Virus record (IMG/VR): IMGVR_UViG_3300021959_006010
Location: 1-64,000 of that record
DNA: 64,000 bases
Direction: 5' to 3' (one strand)
The position numbers and the translations under genes are program-made. Within the stretch, counting starts at the first letter, position 1, and every line of letters begins with the position of its first letter. This document shows positions 1-11,247 of this stretch, piece by piece. The notes under the pieces were generated by a model. That model made no database searches and was not told the origin of the DNA. It was given only the letters and a program-made list of their open reading frames with translations.

Positions 1-1
1 T

Positions 2-3000
2 GACAGAAACGATAGCTTTGGTAAAGGAATAACAATAAGTAACGATGGAAAATATCTTGCTATTGGTTCGCCTAACGCTAGCGAAATACCAACAAGACTA
101 AAAGGAATCTTTTCAGAATCTGAAGGCTATATCACAGGAGATATTGTAAGATATCAAGAAAACTATTGGCGTGCTAGAGGAGTTATTCAACCTGTTGATT
201 TTGCTATCGAAGTTGATACATTCAATAGCTATGCATTTGTTAAAGATCAAGATGCTAATTTAGATATAACTTTGTTGCTAATGGGCAATCCTTATGTTGA
301 GCAGCTTACAAGTCATTTATTAGTAAGAGCACCTATTGATCAGTACGACGGTTCAAAATCAACAGACAGTGTAGTTTTAGAATGGAATACATATACTAAC
401 TTAAATGTTAACGAAGATGCTTCTGAGTTTACAACTCCTACAACTAATATTCAACCTTTTGATGATTACTTTGCTGATATTAAGGATACTTTTATAAGCA
501 ATACTCATGTAATACAAGAAAAGATTGATAATATATTGGTAGTACAAAACTATTCAATTGTTCCGGTAGTTGGTCAAACTATTGTAACTTCGACTGGACA
601 GGCTAAACTACTTGACGTATATAAAGACGATAGTTATTTGGTAATGTATACTCAAGGTACTGATAACTATAAAACTGAAGTTGGAACAAACGGTACTTTA
701 CTTGAAACTGACGATGTTTATGTAGATAATACACTAATCGGAACATATACTCAACCCCATCAACCAAGCACAGGGTTACTAGGCGGCTGGTGGAAAATTA
801 ATCTAGGTGTAACTATTACCAACAACGCAGTTGATATATTTAATCAGCCATACTGGAATGAACCAGGATACGGTTTAGTATTTAGAGATTTTAAAGTTGC
901 AGGCGATGTAAGTGCAGTAAAATATTTCTATAATATTCAAGATGACATTGCTCAAAATGCTGCTGACGGATATGGAAGTTTAGAAACATCATTTATTGCA
1001 GCTCTATCATACAGAGGTGATCCTAACGATATTTTAGGAAACTATCCTAGTAACAAGTGGGTTGCAAGGATGCCTGTTTCAAACACATATACAATTAACG
1101 ATACTTTTGAATTATGGGTTAATAATAGTTCTGAAGGTTTTGATATAGAAACAGTTAATATTCCGTACAGTGTTACAAACACTACACAAACAATTACAGA
1201 TATTTGGGACGGATACATTGATGTTAGATACGACAATTTCCAAACAGTTGATGAAGACGGTGACGGAATTGGCGACCCATTTGAACCACAAATAGGTGAT
1301 ACAATATTTGTTAGTCTTTCGGGTGTTGATGCTGAAGTTGTATTCTATCAAAAAGACGGCCTAAATAATGCTAGAATGTATCTAAAAATGATTGATCCAA
1401 ATCCTGAAGTATATGCTACTGGTGCAACTGTTGTACGTAAAGGAGACGGAATTACTATACCAAATCGTGTAATGGGTAATATTGTAAAATCTAGTTTGTA
1501 TAGTGATAAAGTGGGTAAATTAGCAGTATTTGAAAATAGTTCAGATTTTGCCATAGATGAAGAGTTTGACGGAATTTATTTCGAACAATTTATTGCGCCA
1601 AATGTAGAATATTGGATTTATCAGCAATCTTTAGATATACCAGGCGCATCACGTCCTGCTAGCTATCCTAGCTCAAGTAATTCAGAATGGACAAGAGTAG
1701 GAAGTATTGCAGTTGACGAAACTGGAACTGAGATTGGTCCAAACAACCAAGGTAAGTTTTCTATATACCAAAGACAAGATCAAAAATGGCAATTTGTTAA
1801 AGAATATATAATTCCGTCATCCGGAGAAAATTCTTATGTTGGCGAAAAATTAAAGTTTGCTAAAGATAAAGATCTATACAGATTATATGTTGTAGAAAAT
1901 AAGCCAAGCGGCGAACAAAAAATACATTTTGTTTTAAATGGCACTGACGAAAATGGTGGTGTGTACGATTGGGATCTAGCAATTGATCCTAATTATAGAG
2001 GAGAGTTTGTTAATACAGTTTTTTATAAAGAAGGCGAATATGTTATATACAATAATGCAATGTATAAGTCAACTACTAATCTTGCAGCAGGCGCCTTTAA
2101 TTCAGCATTATGGACTCAAATCGACAGCGGCATAAATTATACAGGAAGTATACCTCTTCCGCTAAACGCTAACAGTGATATTTTCTACGGTGCAGACGAT
2201 TACTATGCAGAGTACAATCAAAATAACACAACAGTTGATACTATACAATTTGCTTATGATTTTGATACAACAAATGACGGCTCAGTTCTTACAGTAAGTG
2301 TTGATACTGCTCAAAACGGAGACATTGACAACAGAGTATTAGTTTACAGACTAACAGGAAACAATTACAAACTAAGTCAAGTTATTGAAAGTTTTGCTTC
2401 TGGTACAGAATTTGGAGAATCAATAAGCATTAATGAAGATGGTACAATACTTGCTATAGGTGATAGTAAAAATGATACCGTTACAAAAGATAACGGTAGA
2501 GTATACATATACAAACTTTCTAACAACGAGTTTGTTTTAGATCAAGTATTAGACTCACCAGTTGCCGACGAAGTTGAACGCTTTGGCGAAAATGTAACAT
2601 TGACTAATAATAGTTTGTATGTCAGCAGCTACAATGGAAATATGGTAACGCCTACCACCTTTAATGTTTACAGTACTTTGTTAGGAAATCAGCCACAAAT
2701 ATCAACAGACGATGAAGGTAATCCTGTATATGCAAAATATATAATAAATCCGCTGTCAAACGTAAATGAAAATAAAACTACATTTGACAACGGTTTTACA
2801 ACATTTAAGAATAAAAAAATTGATACTGGCGCAGTTAATATTTTTGAAAATTATGAAGACAAGTTTATATATGCAAATAACTTAAAATATCCTAATTCTT
2901 TTGCTAGCAATTTTGGAGAAACAATTCTTGCTAACAAAAATCACGTTTATGTAGGAATGCCAAGATTTAAAGAAAACACAAACGGACAAATTGTTGAATT

Positions 3001-6000
3001 TAGAAGTAATAAAGATTCTAAGTCTTGGAATAATTTTAGAAAAGAATTGTCTATTGTTGATGTAAACAAAATTAAAAATGCATTCTTATATAATACAAAA
3101 ACAGGCAAGCTAGTAACATATCTTGATTACATTGACCCTGTACAAGGTAAAATTGCAGGCCCGGCAGAACAAGAGCTTTACTATAAAATGTTCTTAGATC
3201 CTGCACTTTATAACAATACTAGAATTGTAGGAATGTTTAGTGATACAAACAATTGGGGACAAGAACAAGTTGGACGTTTATGGTGGGATCTTAGCACTGT
3301 TAAGTTTACAGATGCCTATCAAGGTAATGCAATTTGGCAATCGAATAACTGGAATAGTTTAATTCCTGGAAAAAGCATAGACGTTTATGAATGGGTCGAA
3401 AGCGATATAACACCAGACGACTGGGATAGTATTGCTGATACTGATGAAGGAACACGCAGAGGAATAAGCGGCCAGACTAAATATGGCAATTCGGTATTTT
3501 CTCAAAGAATGGTGTATGATGATGTAGGTAAAAACTTTACAACTAAGTTCTATTTCTGGGTTAAAAATAAAAGAACAATTCCACAGTCAGAAAACAGACG
3601 TATTAGTGCAAGTGATGTTGCAAGTTTAATTCAAAACCCATCTGCATTAAATTATAAATTTGTTGCTCTTATGTCAGATAACAGATTTGTTATACATAAT
3701 TGTGACGATTTAATTAATGACAAAGACATTGCGTTAACTGTTGGTTACTATACTCAAGATAATCAAGAACAAAACAGCCATATAGAATATCAAATACTAT
3801 CCGAAGGATTGGAAACTAGTTTGCCAAAAGCTGAACTAGAAACAAAATGGATTGACAGTTTAGTAGGTTATGACTTACAAGGACGTCAAGTTCCAGATAT
3901 GGAATTGTCTCCAAGAAACAGATATGGTAATTTGTATCAACCTAGACAAGGCTGGTTTATTAACAGATTTGAAGCATTAAAACAAGTTATAGAACGTGCT
4001 AATATTAGTTTAACTAAGAAAATTGTAGTAGATGAATATAGCTTAGAAAAATTAAATGAAAAAGATCCGTTACCTTTAGCAACTGAAAGACGTTATGATG
4101 TTAAAATCGATACAGACGATCAACTACAATTTGTAGGTACAAGCCGATCAGTTACTGCGGAATTACGTGCAATTGTATCAGAAGGTAGAATTATTGATGT
4201 AAGTATCGAGAATCCAGGAAGAGGATACAAAGATCCGACTTATGTAGCTGGCGAGTCAACAAAACGACTTGGACCGAAAGTGACTATTATTGGTACTGGT
4301 ACTGATGCTGAAATTGAATTAGAAATTGATAACTTAGGAAAAGTAATTAACGTAACCGTTCTTAACGAAGGAAGCGGATACAACGACAACACAACTATTG
4401 TTGTAAGAAAGTTAAGCACTTTAGTAGAAGTTGACAACTCTATTCAAGGACGTTGGGCAATCTATCAATGGAACGCAGCTGACGAAAAGTGGGAAAGAAC
4501 AGTTACTCAAGACTATGATGTAACAAATTACTGGGATTATATCGACTGGTATGCAGAAGGATATAACCAATTTACATCGGTAGACTATCTAATAGATTAC
4601 AGCTACCAGTTATACGGATTAAATGACGAAATTGGAGATGTAGTTAAAATTAGTAGTGTAGGCACTGGCGGCTGGTTGTTATTAAGAAAAGTTAACAATA
4701 CAGGATCTAGAGATTATACTGTTGATTATGAAACAATTGGTAGAGAAAACGGAACTATTAAGATTAAGTCTACTCTATATGATTATGTCTTTAGTGAAAC
4801 AGGATTTGACAGCTTTATATACGATGGAAGATTTTATGATAACGAACCTACTATCGAAACACGAAGAATTTTGTCTGCACTAAAAGACGATATCTTTGTT
4901 GACGATCTTGCTAAAGATTATAATGAATTATTCTTTGCAAGTTTACGATACGTGTTTACTGAACAACCAAATGTTGATTGGGCATTTAAAACTAGCTTTA
5001 TCAAAGCAAAACACAATGTAGGAAACTTAGAACAAAAAACAACATACCAAAATGATAATTTAAACAGTTACAACGATTATATAAATGAAGTAAAACCGTT
5101 TAAAACTAAAATTAGAGAATATTTAAGTTCGTATGAGAACCTAGATAACACTAATAGTGTTGTTTCAGATTTTGACTTACCAGCAACTTATGATGAAGTT
5201 AAACAAGCAATCCTTCCAAAAAAATTGCGTGTTGTAAACAGCGAAATAATAGGAGAAGAAGGATTATTTGAAGATTATCCTGATAGAAACTGGTTAGAAA
5301 ATGTTGGATTTAAAGTAGTAGGCATCCATGTTAATGATCCAGGCAAAGGTTATTTAACTCCGCCTAAGGTTGAAATTACTGGAGGAGGCGGCTCTGGCGC
5401 AACTGCACAAGCTTATATAGGTAAAGGTACAGTAACTAAAGTTATTGTTACAAATCCTGGTAGCGGATATATCACTGCTCCTACAATAAGACTATTAAGT
5501 AATGTATCAGATACTGGAGTTGAAGCAAAACTTAGTGCCGAACTAGGCGAGACTGTTATAAGAAGTATGCATGTTGCAGTTAAGTTTGATAGAGTAACTG
5601 GTGATTACACTTATACAAGTTTGCCAGAAACAGAATCATTTACTGGAACTGCTGTAAATTCTGAATTTAAACTTAAATGGCCAATGGATCTAAGATCGAA
5701 CAAAATAAAAGTTTTAGTTGACGGAATTGAAATGTTGAGAAGCCAGTATAGTTATACTAATACTGTTAAAGACACAATTACTAATTCTTATGAAGATACG
5801 AACTGGAATTATGGCGGAGAAAATGTTGCTTCAGGTCCGGGAATAGAACTTATAAAAACAGGATACAGCCAAAAACAAGGTACTGTTACATTTACTGATC
5901 CTCCAGCATTAAATGCAACTATTGAAGTACAATACTACAAAGATTTATCACTACTTAATGCAAGTGATAGACTATACCATTTCTACAAGCCTACTGACGG

Positions 6001-8524
6001 AATGTTAGGAAACAGCACTGGCATACTAATGGAAGGTGTTGATTACGGCGGAGTTGAAGTACGCAGTTTTGATTTTGATGGACCGAGCGGTTGGGATACA
6101 GACGGTTGGTATTCTACAACTTGGGATACATACGACAATACTTACGAAGACGAAGTATTTTACTTAGACGGAACTTCGGTATCATTAGAATTATCAACAC
6201 CACTCGAAGATGGTATTGTTTATAATGTTTACAAAAATGGTGTAAGAATTGACGATCCTAATTTCGGAACTCAAGATCCTGTAACAAATCCAAATGCTGA
6301 AATGCCAAGTCTAACAGGCGACGGCACAACTGCTGTAGTAAACTTAGGTGACTACGGAGTAATAGCAGGAGAAGACGATGTAATAATTGTTCGTAAAATT
6401 ACATCTGATGGAAGTTTCCTACCAGATCCGTCAACATACGATACTTTACTTTCAGGTGGTGCTCTTGATTATTCAAATGCTAAAGGTACAGCCCCAGAAG
6501 ACATGATTGTAGATGGTGACGGCTTTGTTACTCCAACAACCAGCGGCGGTCCAGAAGAATTAATTCCTGGGCAAGTTCTTGACACTGTGGATATTAAAGT
6601 GTTTGAACGTGCCGGTGATGGTCAAGGAAATATCTATAACCAAAATTATATTTCAGATGGATCAAGAACAACATATCCTTTGGGAATTATTCCTGCTACT
6701 GACGACAGCGTTATTGTTAAAATTGCTGGATTGACTTTAGAAGATGATGAGTTTACAATAGATTATAAAAATTCTGAACTAACTTTAGTTAATACTCCTA
6801 CTATTTACGATCAAATAAACATTTTAAGTATCGGTGCTAGCGGACAAGACGTTTTAGATATAAATTCTTATATTTCTACAGAAGAAACGTTAGTTGTTGA
6901 AACAAGAGTACAATGGCAAGAATCATTATCATTCTTTATATCATTGGACGGCGAAACAATTGCAACAGCAGAACTTGAAGAAGATGCAAATGGATTAGTT
7001 TCGATTGTATTAGAAGAAGCAAACAAAATTATTGTTGGCACAGCAGTAAGTTATGGTGTATATGTAGATAATAGCATACAGCAATTTAGCTTAGTACAGA
7101 GTGATAGTTTTGTTGGCGACGGCAATACAACCGAGTTTGAACTTTCAACTCCGCCGATATATAAATCACCAACTCATCATTATACAGTAGTAAGGGTTGA
7201 TGATAAAATTTTATCAGCAGGATATAACAGACAGTTTACAGTGAGCGATCTAAGAGAATACGAACTAGATAAATTCCAATATCCGGTTGGCACATTGCAA
7301 GTTGAAGATGTAGAAGTTTATTTAAACGGTACTAAATTAGAAAATATTACACAATGGACATTAAACATCGGAAATAGCAGCGTACTATTAAGAGAAGCAG
7401 TAGGACAAACTGGTGACATACTTGAAGTGTATGTAATTACTGATGGTGATTATACTATTAGTGATAATGTAGTAGAACTAAAACAAACTCCTGCAAACGG
7501 TGTTGATATCGAAATTACACAGTTTAGTAACCACGATGCTATTGGATTAGAGCGTAGAACATGGGATATTGTTAATAGAACAAGTCTTACAGTCGGAAGT
7601 GACGAAGCTACTAGGTTCAATTTGTTAACGGGTGGTAAAATTAGTTTAGTAGCACCTGCAAAAGAAACTCAGTATGTATGGATAGCTAAAAATGGTGTAC
7701 TACTAACACCTAACGTTGATTACGGATTAGATAAAACAATGTCAATAGTAGAGCTTGTAAATAATCCGGCAGCCGGAGATGTTATAGAAGTAATACACTT
7801 TAGTGATGTAAGAGATACAGGAAGATTTGCTTGGAGACAATTTAAAGATATTCTAAACAGAACACATTACAAGCGCATAGATCGTACAACAAGACTTGCA
7901 AAAGATTTAAATGCATTTGATGTAAGGATTGAAGTAGAAGATGCTAGTGTTCTACCAGAGCCAGAAAAGAGTGCTAACCGTCCAGGTATTATTTGGATTG
8001 AAGGCGAGCGCATAGAGTACTTTATTAAAGATGGTAACTTACTAAGACAAATTCGCAGAGGTACATTAGGTACAGGTGTTAAAACAAGTATTGCATCAGG
8101 AACAGTTGTTTACGACCAAGGTTCGGATAATAACGTACCGTATAAAGACGAGTTGTTAACACAAGTTTACACTGCAACAGCAGAACAAGACACGTTTACA
8201 TTAGACTTTACACCTTCTAGCGTAAACGAGTTTGAAGTATTTGTTGCAGGAACTAGACTTCGTAAAAATGCTATAAGCCGTTTTGATTTAACTATAGATC
8301 AAGATAGTCCAGCAGCAGATGTAACTATTCCTGCAGAATTTACAATAAACGGAAATGATTTGGTTTTAGACACTTCAGTTTCAAATAATATTTTAGAAGG
8401 ACAAAAGGTTATGGTAATTAGAAAACTTGGCAGAACTTGGAAACAACCTGGTGTTTCCATAAGAGTAGACAATGGAACCATTGCAAAATTCTTACGTCAA
8501 GGGCAAACAAACTTACCTAAATAA
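2..8524 (+). CDS. Giant virion structural protein (baseplate/tail-associated), 5'-truncated by the window edge
   Basis: The frame of the 272..8524 ORF stays open back to base 2 (DRNDSFGKGITISNDGKYLAIGSPN...), so the true start lies outside the window. It has FG-GAP/beta-propeller-like repeats (FGESISINEDGTILAIGD, FGENVTL, FGETIL) and repeated NPGxGY..P.V.I.G.G motifs typical of myovirus baseplate proteins. It lies upstream of tail-fibre genes. Confidence 0.8.
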   Translation, partial: DRNDSFGKGITISNDGKYLAIGSPNASEIPTRLKGIFSESEGYITGDIVRYQENYWRARGVIQPVDFAIEVDTFNSYAFVKDQDANLDITLLLMGNPYVEQLTSHLLVRAPIDQYDGSKSTDSVVLEWNTYTNLNVNEDASEFTTPTTNIQPFDDYFADIKDTFISNTHVIQEKIDNILVVQNYSIVPVVGQTIVTSTGQAKLLDVYKDDSYLVMYTQGTDNYKTEVGTNGTLLETDDVYVDNTLIGTYTQPHQPSTGLLGGWWKINLGVTITNNAVDIFNQPYWNEPGYGLVFRDFKVAGDVSAVKYFYNIQDDIAQNAADGYGSLETSFIAALSYRGDPNDILGNYPSNKWVARMPVSNTYTINDTFELWVNNSSEGFDIETVNIPYSVTNTTQTITDIWDGYIDVRYDNFQTVDEDGDGIGDPFEPQIGDTIFVSLSGVDAEVVFYQKDGLNNARMYLKMIDPNPEVYATGATVVRKGDGITIPNRVMGNIVKSSLYSDKVGKLAVFENSSDFAIDEEFDGIYFEQFIAPNVEYWIYQQSLDIPGASRPASYPSSSNSEWTRVGSIAVDETGTEIGPNNQGKFSIYQRQDQKWQFVKEYIIPSSGENSYVGEKLKFAKDKDLYRLYVVENKPSGEQKIHFVLNGTDENGGVYDWDLAIDPNYRGEFVNTVFYKEGEYVIYNNAMYKSTTNLAAGAFNSALWTQIDSGINYTGSIPLPLNANSDIFYGADDYYAEYNQNNTTVDTIQFAYDFDTTNDGSVLTVSVDTAQNGDIDNRVLVYRLTGNNYKLSQVIESFASGTEFGESISINEDGTILAIGDSKNDTVTKDNGRVYIYKLSNNEFVLDQVLDSPVADEVERFGENVTLTNNSLYVSSYNGNMVTPTTFNVYSTLLGNQPQISTDDEGNPVYAKYIINPLSNVNENKTTFDNGFTTFKNKKIDTGAVNIFENYEDKFIYANNLKYPNSFASNFGETILANKNHVYVGMPRFKENTNGQIVEFRSNKDSKSWNNFRKELSIVDVNKIKNAFLYNTKTGKLVTYLDYIDPVQGKIAGPAEQELYYKMFLDPALYNNTRIVGMFSDTNNWGQEQVGRLWWDLSTVKFTDAYQGNAIWQSNNWNSLIPGKSIDVYEWVESDITPDDWDSIADTDEGTRRGISGQTKYGNSVFSQRMVYDDVGKNFTTKFYFWVKNKRTIPQSENRRISASDVASLIQNPSALNYKFVALMSDNRFVIHNCDDLINDKDIALTVGYYTQDNQEQNSHIEYQILSEGLETSLPKAELETKWIDSLVGYDLQGRQVPDMELSPRNRYGNLYQPRQGWFINRFEALKQVIERANISLTKKIVVDEYSLEKLNEKDPLPLATERRYDVKIDTDDQLQFVGTSRSVTAELRAIVSEGRIIDVSIENPGRGYKDPTYVAGESTKRLGPKVTIIGTGTDAEIELEIDNLGKVINVTVLNEGSGYNDNTTIVVRKLSTLVEVDNSIQGRWAIYQWNAADEKWERTVTQDYDVTNYWDYIDWYAEGYNQFTSVDYLIDYSYQLYGLNDEIGDVVKISSVGTGGWLLLRKVNNTGSRDYTVDYETIGRENGTIKIKSTLYDYVFSETGFDSFIYDGRFYDNEPTIETRRILSALKDDIFVDDLAKDYNELFFASLRYVFTEQPNVDWAFKTSFIKAKHNVGNLEQKTTYQNDNLNSYNDYINEVKPFKTKIREYLSSYENLDNTNSVVSDFDLPATYDEVKQAILPKKLRVVNSEIIGEEGLFEDYPDRNWLENVGFKVVGIHVNDPGKGYLTPPKVEITGGGGSGATAQAYIGKGTVTKVIVTNPGSGYITAPTIRLLSNVSDTGVEAKLSAELGETVIRSMHVAVKFDRVTGDYTYTSLPETESFTGTAVNSEFKLKWPMDLRSNKIKVLVDGIEMLRSQYSYTNTVKDTITNSYEDTNWNYGGENVASGPGIELIKTGYSQKQGTVTFTDPPALNATIEVQYYKDLSLLNASDRLYHFYKPTDGMLGNSTGILMEGVDYGGVEVRSFDFDGPSGWDTDGWYSTTWDTYDNTYEDEVFYLDGTSVSLELSTPLEDGIVYNVYKNGVRIDDPNFGTQDPVTNPNAEMPSLTGDGTTAVVNLGDYGVIAGEDDVIIVRKITSDGSFLPDPSTYDTLLSGGALDYSNAKGTAPEDMIVDGDGFVTPTTSGGPEELIPGQVLDTVDIKVFERAGDGQGNIYNQNYISDGSRTTYPLGIIPATDDSVIVKIAGLTLEDDEFTIDYKNSELTLVNTPTIYDQINILSIGASGQDVLDINSYISTEETLVVETRVQWQESLSFFISLDGETIATAELEEDANGLVSIVLEEANKIIVGTAVSYGVYVDNSIQQFSLVQSDSFVGDGNTTEFELSTPPIYKSPTHHYTVVRVDDKILSAGYNRQFTVSDLREYELDKFQYPVGTLQVEDVEVYLNGTKLENITQWTLNIGNSSVLLREAVGQTGDILEVYVITDGDYTISDNVVELKQTPANGVDIEITQFSNHDAIGLERRTWDIVNRTSLTVGSDEATRFNLLTGGKISLVAPAKETQYVWIAKNGVLLTPNVDYGLDKTMSIVELVNNPAAGDVIEVIHFSDVRDTGRFAWRQFKDILNRTHYKRIDRTTRLAKDLNAFDVRIEVEDASVLPEPEKSANRPGIIWIEGERIEYFIKDGNLLRQIRRGTLGTGVKTSIASGTVVYDQGSDNNVPYKDELLTQVYTATAEQDTFTLDFTPSSVNEFEVFVAGTRLRKNAISRFDLTIDQDSPAADVTIPAEFTINGNDLVLDTSVSNNILEGQKVMVIRKLGRTWKQPGVSIRVDNGTIAKFLRQGQTNLPK

Positions 8525-8528
8525 ATAC
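8521..8528 (+). promoter_or_regulatory. Putative T4-type late promoter (ATAAATAC)
   Basis: ATAAATAC lies just upstream of the 8539 ATG. The same octamer recurs at 13129 and on the minus strand at 59251-59258, and resembles the T4 late consensus TATAAATA. Confidence 0.55.
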
Positions 8529-8538
8529 ACTAGTAGAA

Positions 8539-9153
8539 ATGGAAAATAACATGATAAATGAACAAAATGGCGTATTTGTACAAGGACATATAAAAATACA
8601 TGATCCTACAACTGGTGAGGTTCTTATAAACAAAAAGAACGCAATCCATTACGAGAACATGAGTATTAGCTTGGCAGAAAGCCTTGGTAATGCCGGTCAA
8701 GGTTTTATTTACGAAATGAGCTTTGGTAACGGAGGCACAAACATTGATCCAACAGGTGTTATCACATACTTAACACCTAACTCAACTGGAACAAATGCTA
8801 GCCTTTATAATCAAACGTTTTCAAAAGTTGTAGATGATAGAAGTATTAGTAATTTAGATCCTAGTAGAAATAAAATAGAAACTAGACACGTAAGTGGAAC
8901 AAATTATACAGATATACTAGTAACATGCTTACTTGATTACGGAGAGCCCGAAGGTCAAGATGCTTTTGATACTGCAACCGATGACGATGCACTTTATGTA
9001 TTTGACGAATTAGGATTACGTAGTTATTCTTCCGATGGTTCAGGAAGATTACTTACACATGTTATTTTCCATCCTGTACAAAAATCGTTAAACAGATTGA
9101 TACAAATTGATTATACTGTGCGTGTTCAAAGTCTCTCAGGAGGTAACAACTAA
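8539..9153 (+). CDS. Virion structural protein (baseplate/tail module)
   Basis: 204-aa ORF between the giant structural gene and the tail fibres. Motifs KKNAIHYENMS, FDELGL and HPVQKSLNR..I.YTVR. TAATG-coupled to the next gene. Confidence 0.6.
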   Translation: MENNMINEQNGVFVQGHIKIHDPTTGEVLINKKNAIHYENMSISLAESLGNAGQGFIYEMSFGNGGTNIDPTGVITYLTPNSTGTNASLYNQTFSKVVDDRSISNLDPSRNKIETRHVSGTNYTDILVTCLLDYGEPEGQDAFDTATDDDALYVFDELGLRSYSSDGSGRLLTHVIFHPVQKSLNRLIQIDYTVRVQSLSGGNN

Positions 9154-11246
9154 TGCCATATGAAGTTGATTTTACAGACAGTGTTAATAAAGGTAAAATT
9201 ATTGTTCAAGATCGAACAATAAACGAAGAAACTAGTGTTAAGCTACCAGGAAGAAATACTACCAGTTACGGTGAAGTAATTGCTGAAAACTTCTTACACA
9301 TATTAGAGAACTTTGCAAGTGTTACACCTCCGGATAATCCAGTAGAAGGACAGCTTTGGTATGATACATCTAATGGTATAGAAAATCAGCTAAAAGTTTA
9401 TAACGGTACTGTTTGGGTTGCAAGCGGTGGTTTAAAGAAATCCACCGAAGCTCCTGACGTTTCAACTAGTGTTGAAGGAGATCTTTGGGTAGATACAGAC
9501 AATCAACAGCTTTATTTAAACTCAGGATCGGGATGGATTTTAGTCGGTCCAACATTTAGCGAAGGATTGTCAACTGGTCCTCGCAACACTACAATAACAG
9601 GTCAAGATGATGTAAACTATAAAGTTGTAATTATTGATATCGATGCTGTCCCTACAGTTATTATTAGCCATTCAAGCTTTACTCCAAAATCATCTATTAG
9701 CGGATTTAGCACTATAAAAAGTGGAATAAATTTAAGTAGTTTGTCTTTTGGCGGCAACTCTCTAAAGTATAATGGTGTAGCTGAAAAAGCTGAAGCATTA
9801 ATAGTACCTGGAGAAGCTGAACCTGTTGCTGCATCAAACTTCTTAAGAGGAAATGCAGTTAGTACAACAAGCTTTCCAATTAGAATTAAAAATAACGGCG
9901 GCGTACAAATAGGTTCAAATGCACAAACTGTACTAGAAAGTAGTGCGCAACAATCTGTACTTAAAAATAATGTAAGCGGTAGCGGACTAGATCTAAAAGT
10001 AATACAAAGTGACAATCCTGTAACTGCAATCAGAGTTAAAAGTAATGCAAATGATGCTCCGACAGTTGGTATTAATAAATTATTACCAGACGAAGCCTTA
10101 GATGTAGTAGGAAATATAAAAACCACAGGTAAAATATTTGTTAACAGCACAGAAGAATCAACCGACTTAGACGAGGGAAGCATTATTGCTGCTGGCGGAG
10201 CAGCAATTGCAAAAAGTCTTATAGTTGGACAAAACTTGTCAGTTGGTGGCGAATTAACTATTGGAGATATTACTCCTGATACTACAGGCAGAGAATTAGG
10301 AACATCGGACATACCATGGAATAGAGTTTATGCAACAAAGTTTGTAGGTAACTTAGAAGGAAGTGTTAGCGGAACAATCGAAGGCCGCGCAACAAGTGCA
10401 AACAAGTTAACTAGTGCAACAACATTTAACTTAGCAGGAGATGTTACAGCTAATAGTTTTACGTTTGACGGCCAAAGCGGCGGCTTAACAAAAACCTTTA
10501 CAACAGCAATTAGTAACTCATTTATTTCTACAAAACAATTAGAAAGAAGTCCAAAAGCTGAAGATGAATTACTGTTAAATAAAACTTCTGGAGATATAGG
10601 ACTTAAAAAGGTACTAGTAGAGGACTTGCTATTAGGAGTTCCAAGAATTCCAGCAGGTGCTATTACAATGTATGGCGGATCAAGTGCACCTGAAAATTGG
10701 TTGTTCTGTGACGGTGCTGAAGTTCTTAAGAGTGAGTTTCCTGACTTATGGGACGCAATTGGACATAGTTTTAAAGATCCGTCGTTGCTAGTAAACTCGA
10801 GTGCAACACACTTTGCATTACCTGATACACGAGGACGCTTTGCATTAGGTACAAACAATGGAGCAACATTATCGGATGATGATAGAGTTTATGGACCGTC
10901 TGTGCAAGATATAGGTATTTCGGGAGGTAAACAAGATGTTGATATTGCTGCTGAAAACCTACCAAACCACGAACACGATTTAAAAGACTCACAAAGTGTA
11001 CAGTACTATGCAATTACTGATAGTAACCAAACACAAACAAGTGCTGGTGAGGTAAAAGCACTTAACATATCAACAGGCGCTGCAAATACTAGTGGTATTC
11101 CGACAAGTGGCGGAGTACGTAACGGCGGCGTAACTGGAAATAATGACTGGAGAATAGATCCTAACACAGGAGACGAGCTAGGAAGCCGCTTAGATGTTGT
11201 AAACCCATTCTTAACAGTTAACTTTATCATATACACTGGGGGATAA
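9153..11246 (+). CDS. Tail fibre protein with tail-collar domain
   Basis: N-terminal module shared with the next two ORFs (YGE..ENF..LENFA...GQLWYDT). C-terminal collar motif PAGAITMYGGSSAPENWLFCDG...FALPDTRGRF, then NLPNHEH (HxH) and a terminal VNPFLTVNFIIY. Confidence 0.8.
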   Translation: MPYEVDFTDSVNKGKIIVQDRTINEETSVKLPGRNTTSYGEVIAENFLHILENFASVTPPDNPVEGQLWYDTSNGIENQLKVYNGTVWVASGGLKKSTEAPDVSTSVEGDLWVDTDNQQLYLNSGSGWILVGPTFSEGLSTGPRNTTITGQDDVNYKVVIIDIDAVPTVIISHSSFTPKSSISGFSTIKSGINLSSLSFGGNSLKYNGVAEKAEALIVPGEAEPVAASNFLRGNAVSTTSFPIRIKNNGGVQIGSNAQTVLESSAQQSVLKNNVSGSGLDLKVIQSDNPVTAIRVKSNANDAPTVGINKLLPDEALDVVGNIKTTGKIFVNSTEESTDLDEGSIIAAGGAAIAKSLIVGQNLSVGGELTIGDITPDTTGRELGTSDIPWNRVYATKFVGNLEGSVSGTIEGRATSANKLTSATTFNLAGDVTANSFTFDGQSGGLTKTFTTAISNSFISTKQLERSPKAEDELLLNKTSGDIGLKKVLVEDLLLGVPRIPAGAITMYGGSSAPENWLFCDGAEVLKSEFPDLWDAIGHSFKDPSLLVNSSATHFALPDTRGRFALGTNNGATLSDDDRVYGPSVQDIGISGGKQDVDIAAENLPNHEHDLKDSQSVQYYAITDSNQTQTSAGEVKALNISTGAANTSGIPTSGGVRNGGVTGNNDWRIDPNTGDELGSRLDVVNPFLTVNFIIYTGG

Positions 11247-11247
11247 A

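Noticed and set aside
9617-10858. Long minus-strand ORFs (231 and 176 aa) inside the tail-fibre gene, and similar short antisense ORFs elsewhere (e.g. 42198-42755)
   Set aside because: They are antisense shadows of well-supported plus-strand genes, with no motifs or RBS.
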